NCBI GenBank assembly: GCA_963675785.1
Contig: OY776562.1
Coordinates: forward strand, 1,024,001 to 1,088,000
Direction: 5' to 3'
Length of the DNA: 64,000 bases
From: Anaerolineae bacterium
GTDB lineage: Bacteria; Chloroflexota; Anaerolineae; UBA1429
Shown: positions 63,018 through 64,000 of the stretch, one piece after another
Layout: every line of letters begins with the position of its first letter
How positions within the stretch are numbered: position 1 is the first letter of the stretch
Made by a program: the position numbers and the translations under genes
The notes under the pieces: model-generated
Seen by the model: only the letters and a program-made list of their open reading frames with translations
Told to the model about the DNA's origin: nothing
The model's database searches: none

Positions 63018-64000
63018 TCAACCCGATGCACTTTCCTCGAAATACACCGGATTCGAGATCATCGCCACCATGGGCGGCAGGCCGGGGGCATAAACGCGAG
63101 TTACTTCAAAGCGGCAGAACTTATATCCCGCAAAGGTACGCGTAAGGCACCTCTCTACGGTGTCTGGCTTACAAGTAATCTCCTCCACACCCAGGTCGGT
63201 GATCAGCCGCAACACATCGCCGCCGTGCAGGTTGAAAAAGCGTAGCTCTAGCTCTGAACCCTGTTTCACCGTGTCGCCCAAACCCAGCTTGTCGCACTGC
63301 ACCTCGATGCCCGGCCCCTTGGGCACATAGCTGATATAGCTGTGTCCGGCGCGCAGGGCGGCCATCAGGTCCTCGGGTTCGCGCGAGAGGGCGTACAGGC
63401 AGGTGCTGGGCGTGCCCATATCCCCCAGCAGGTCCGGTCGATGAAAGTCGCTGCCGCCCGTTACCGGCAGGTGCCGCCCCTCGCAGAGCTGTCCATGCCA
63501 CCAGGCCAGGGCGCGCAGGTTGCGCTCCGACATGACCCCGTTCCACACCTCGATGGCGTCATAGGGAATGTCCTCGAAACCCCAAAGCCAGGGGCACAGG
63601 GGGCAAAAGGGGTGATCCAGCACTACCATAGCGCCGCGCTCCCGCGCCTCGCCCAGGATGACCGCCGTCTCTTGCAGCGTGTTGGCCACAAAGCCCCTCG
63701 CAAAGGGCTGGGCCACGCCCAGCAGCCCCGCGTGGCCCTTGTAGTGCGTCCACTCACAGCCGGGCAGCACCGTCAGCCCCTCCACCTCCACGCGTTGCGC
63801 GTTGTGGGCATAGTTGTTGTGGTCGGTGACGGCGATATAGTCGAGTCCCATGGCCCGCGCCAGCTTGGCAGTCTCGGCCAGCGGCATAAAGCCATCCGAG
63901 CCCTGGGTGTGCACGTGCGTATCCCCGATGAAAAGGCGTTGCTCCTTTAGGGTAAAGATGAGGGTGTAAGTAACCTCTACCCCCTCTGGGGCGACATGAT
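63018..64000 (-). CDS. PHP-domain metallohydrolase (CehA/McbA-like); 5' end lies outside the window
   Basis: GDTHVHT..SDG, TDHN, HP, GGSDFH; frame open to the window edge. Confidence 0.85.
   Translation of the reverse strand, partial: HVAPEGVEVTYTLIFTLKEQRLFIGDTHVHTQGSDGFMPLAETAKLARAMGLDYIAVTDHNNYAHNAQRVEVEGLTVLPGCEWTHYKGHAGLLGVAQPFARGFVANTLQETAVILGEARERGAMVVLDHPFCPLCPWLWGFEDIPYDAIEVWNGVMSERNLRALAWWHGQLCEGRHLPVTGGSDFHRPDLLGDMGTPSTCLYALSREPEDLMAALRAGHSYISYVPKGPGIEVQCDKLGLGDTVKQGSELELRFFNLHGGDVLRLITDLGVEEITCKPDTVERCLTRTFAGYKFCRFEVTRVYAPGLPPMVAMISNPVYFEESASG

Noticed and set aside
1-64000. tRNA, rRNA, integrase or transposase genes
   Set aside because: No recognisable examples seen

Overview
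Bacterial chromosomal window. The gene content (pyruvate:ferredoxin oxidoreductase, many carbohydrate-active enzymes, heliorhodopsin) suggests an anaerobic monoderm such as Chloroflexota/Anaerolineae; this is an inference. The first ~40 kb holds housekeeping and catabolic genes (porA/D/C, apt, mscL, typA, sulfatase, GH42, alginate-lyase-like, two ABC exporter loci, a two-component system). It also has a c-di-AMP riboswitch and an unannotated leader-peptide attenuator. A heliorhodopsin gene lies head-to-head with a complete type I-E CRISPR-Cas operon whose cas3 is split by a 2-nt TG insertion. The array has about 147 repeats by hand count. Near its old end, one 'spacer' is 603 bp long, flanked by intact repeats, and carries a truncated toxin-like gene plus a complete small downstream gene. 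This gene-sized spacer is the most unusual feature. The right end has a HAD hydrolase, a methyltransferase with a nonsense codon, a duplicated palindromic element and a PHP-family hydrolase.
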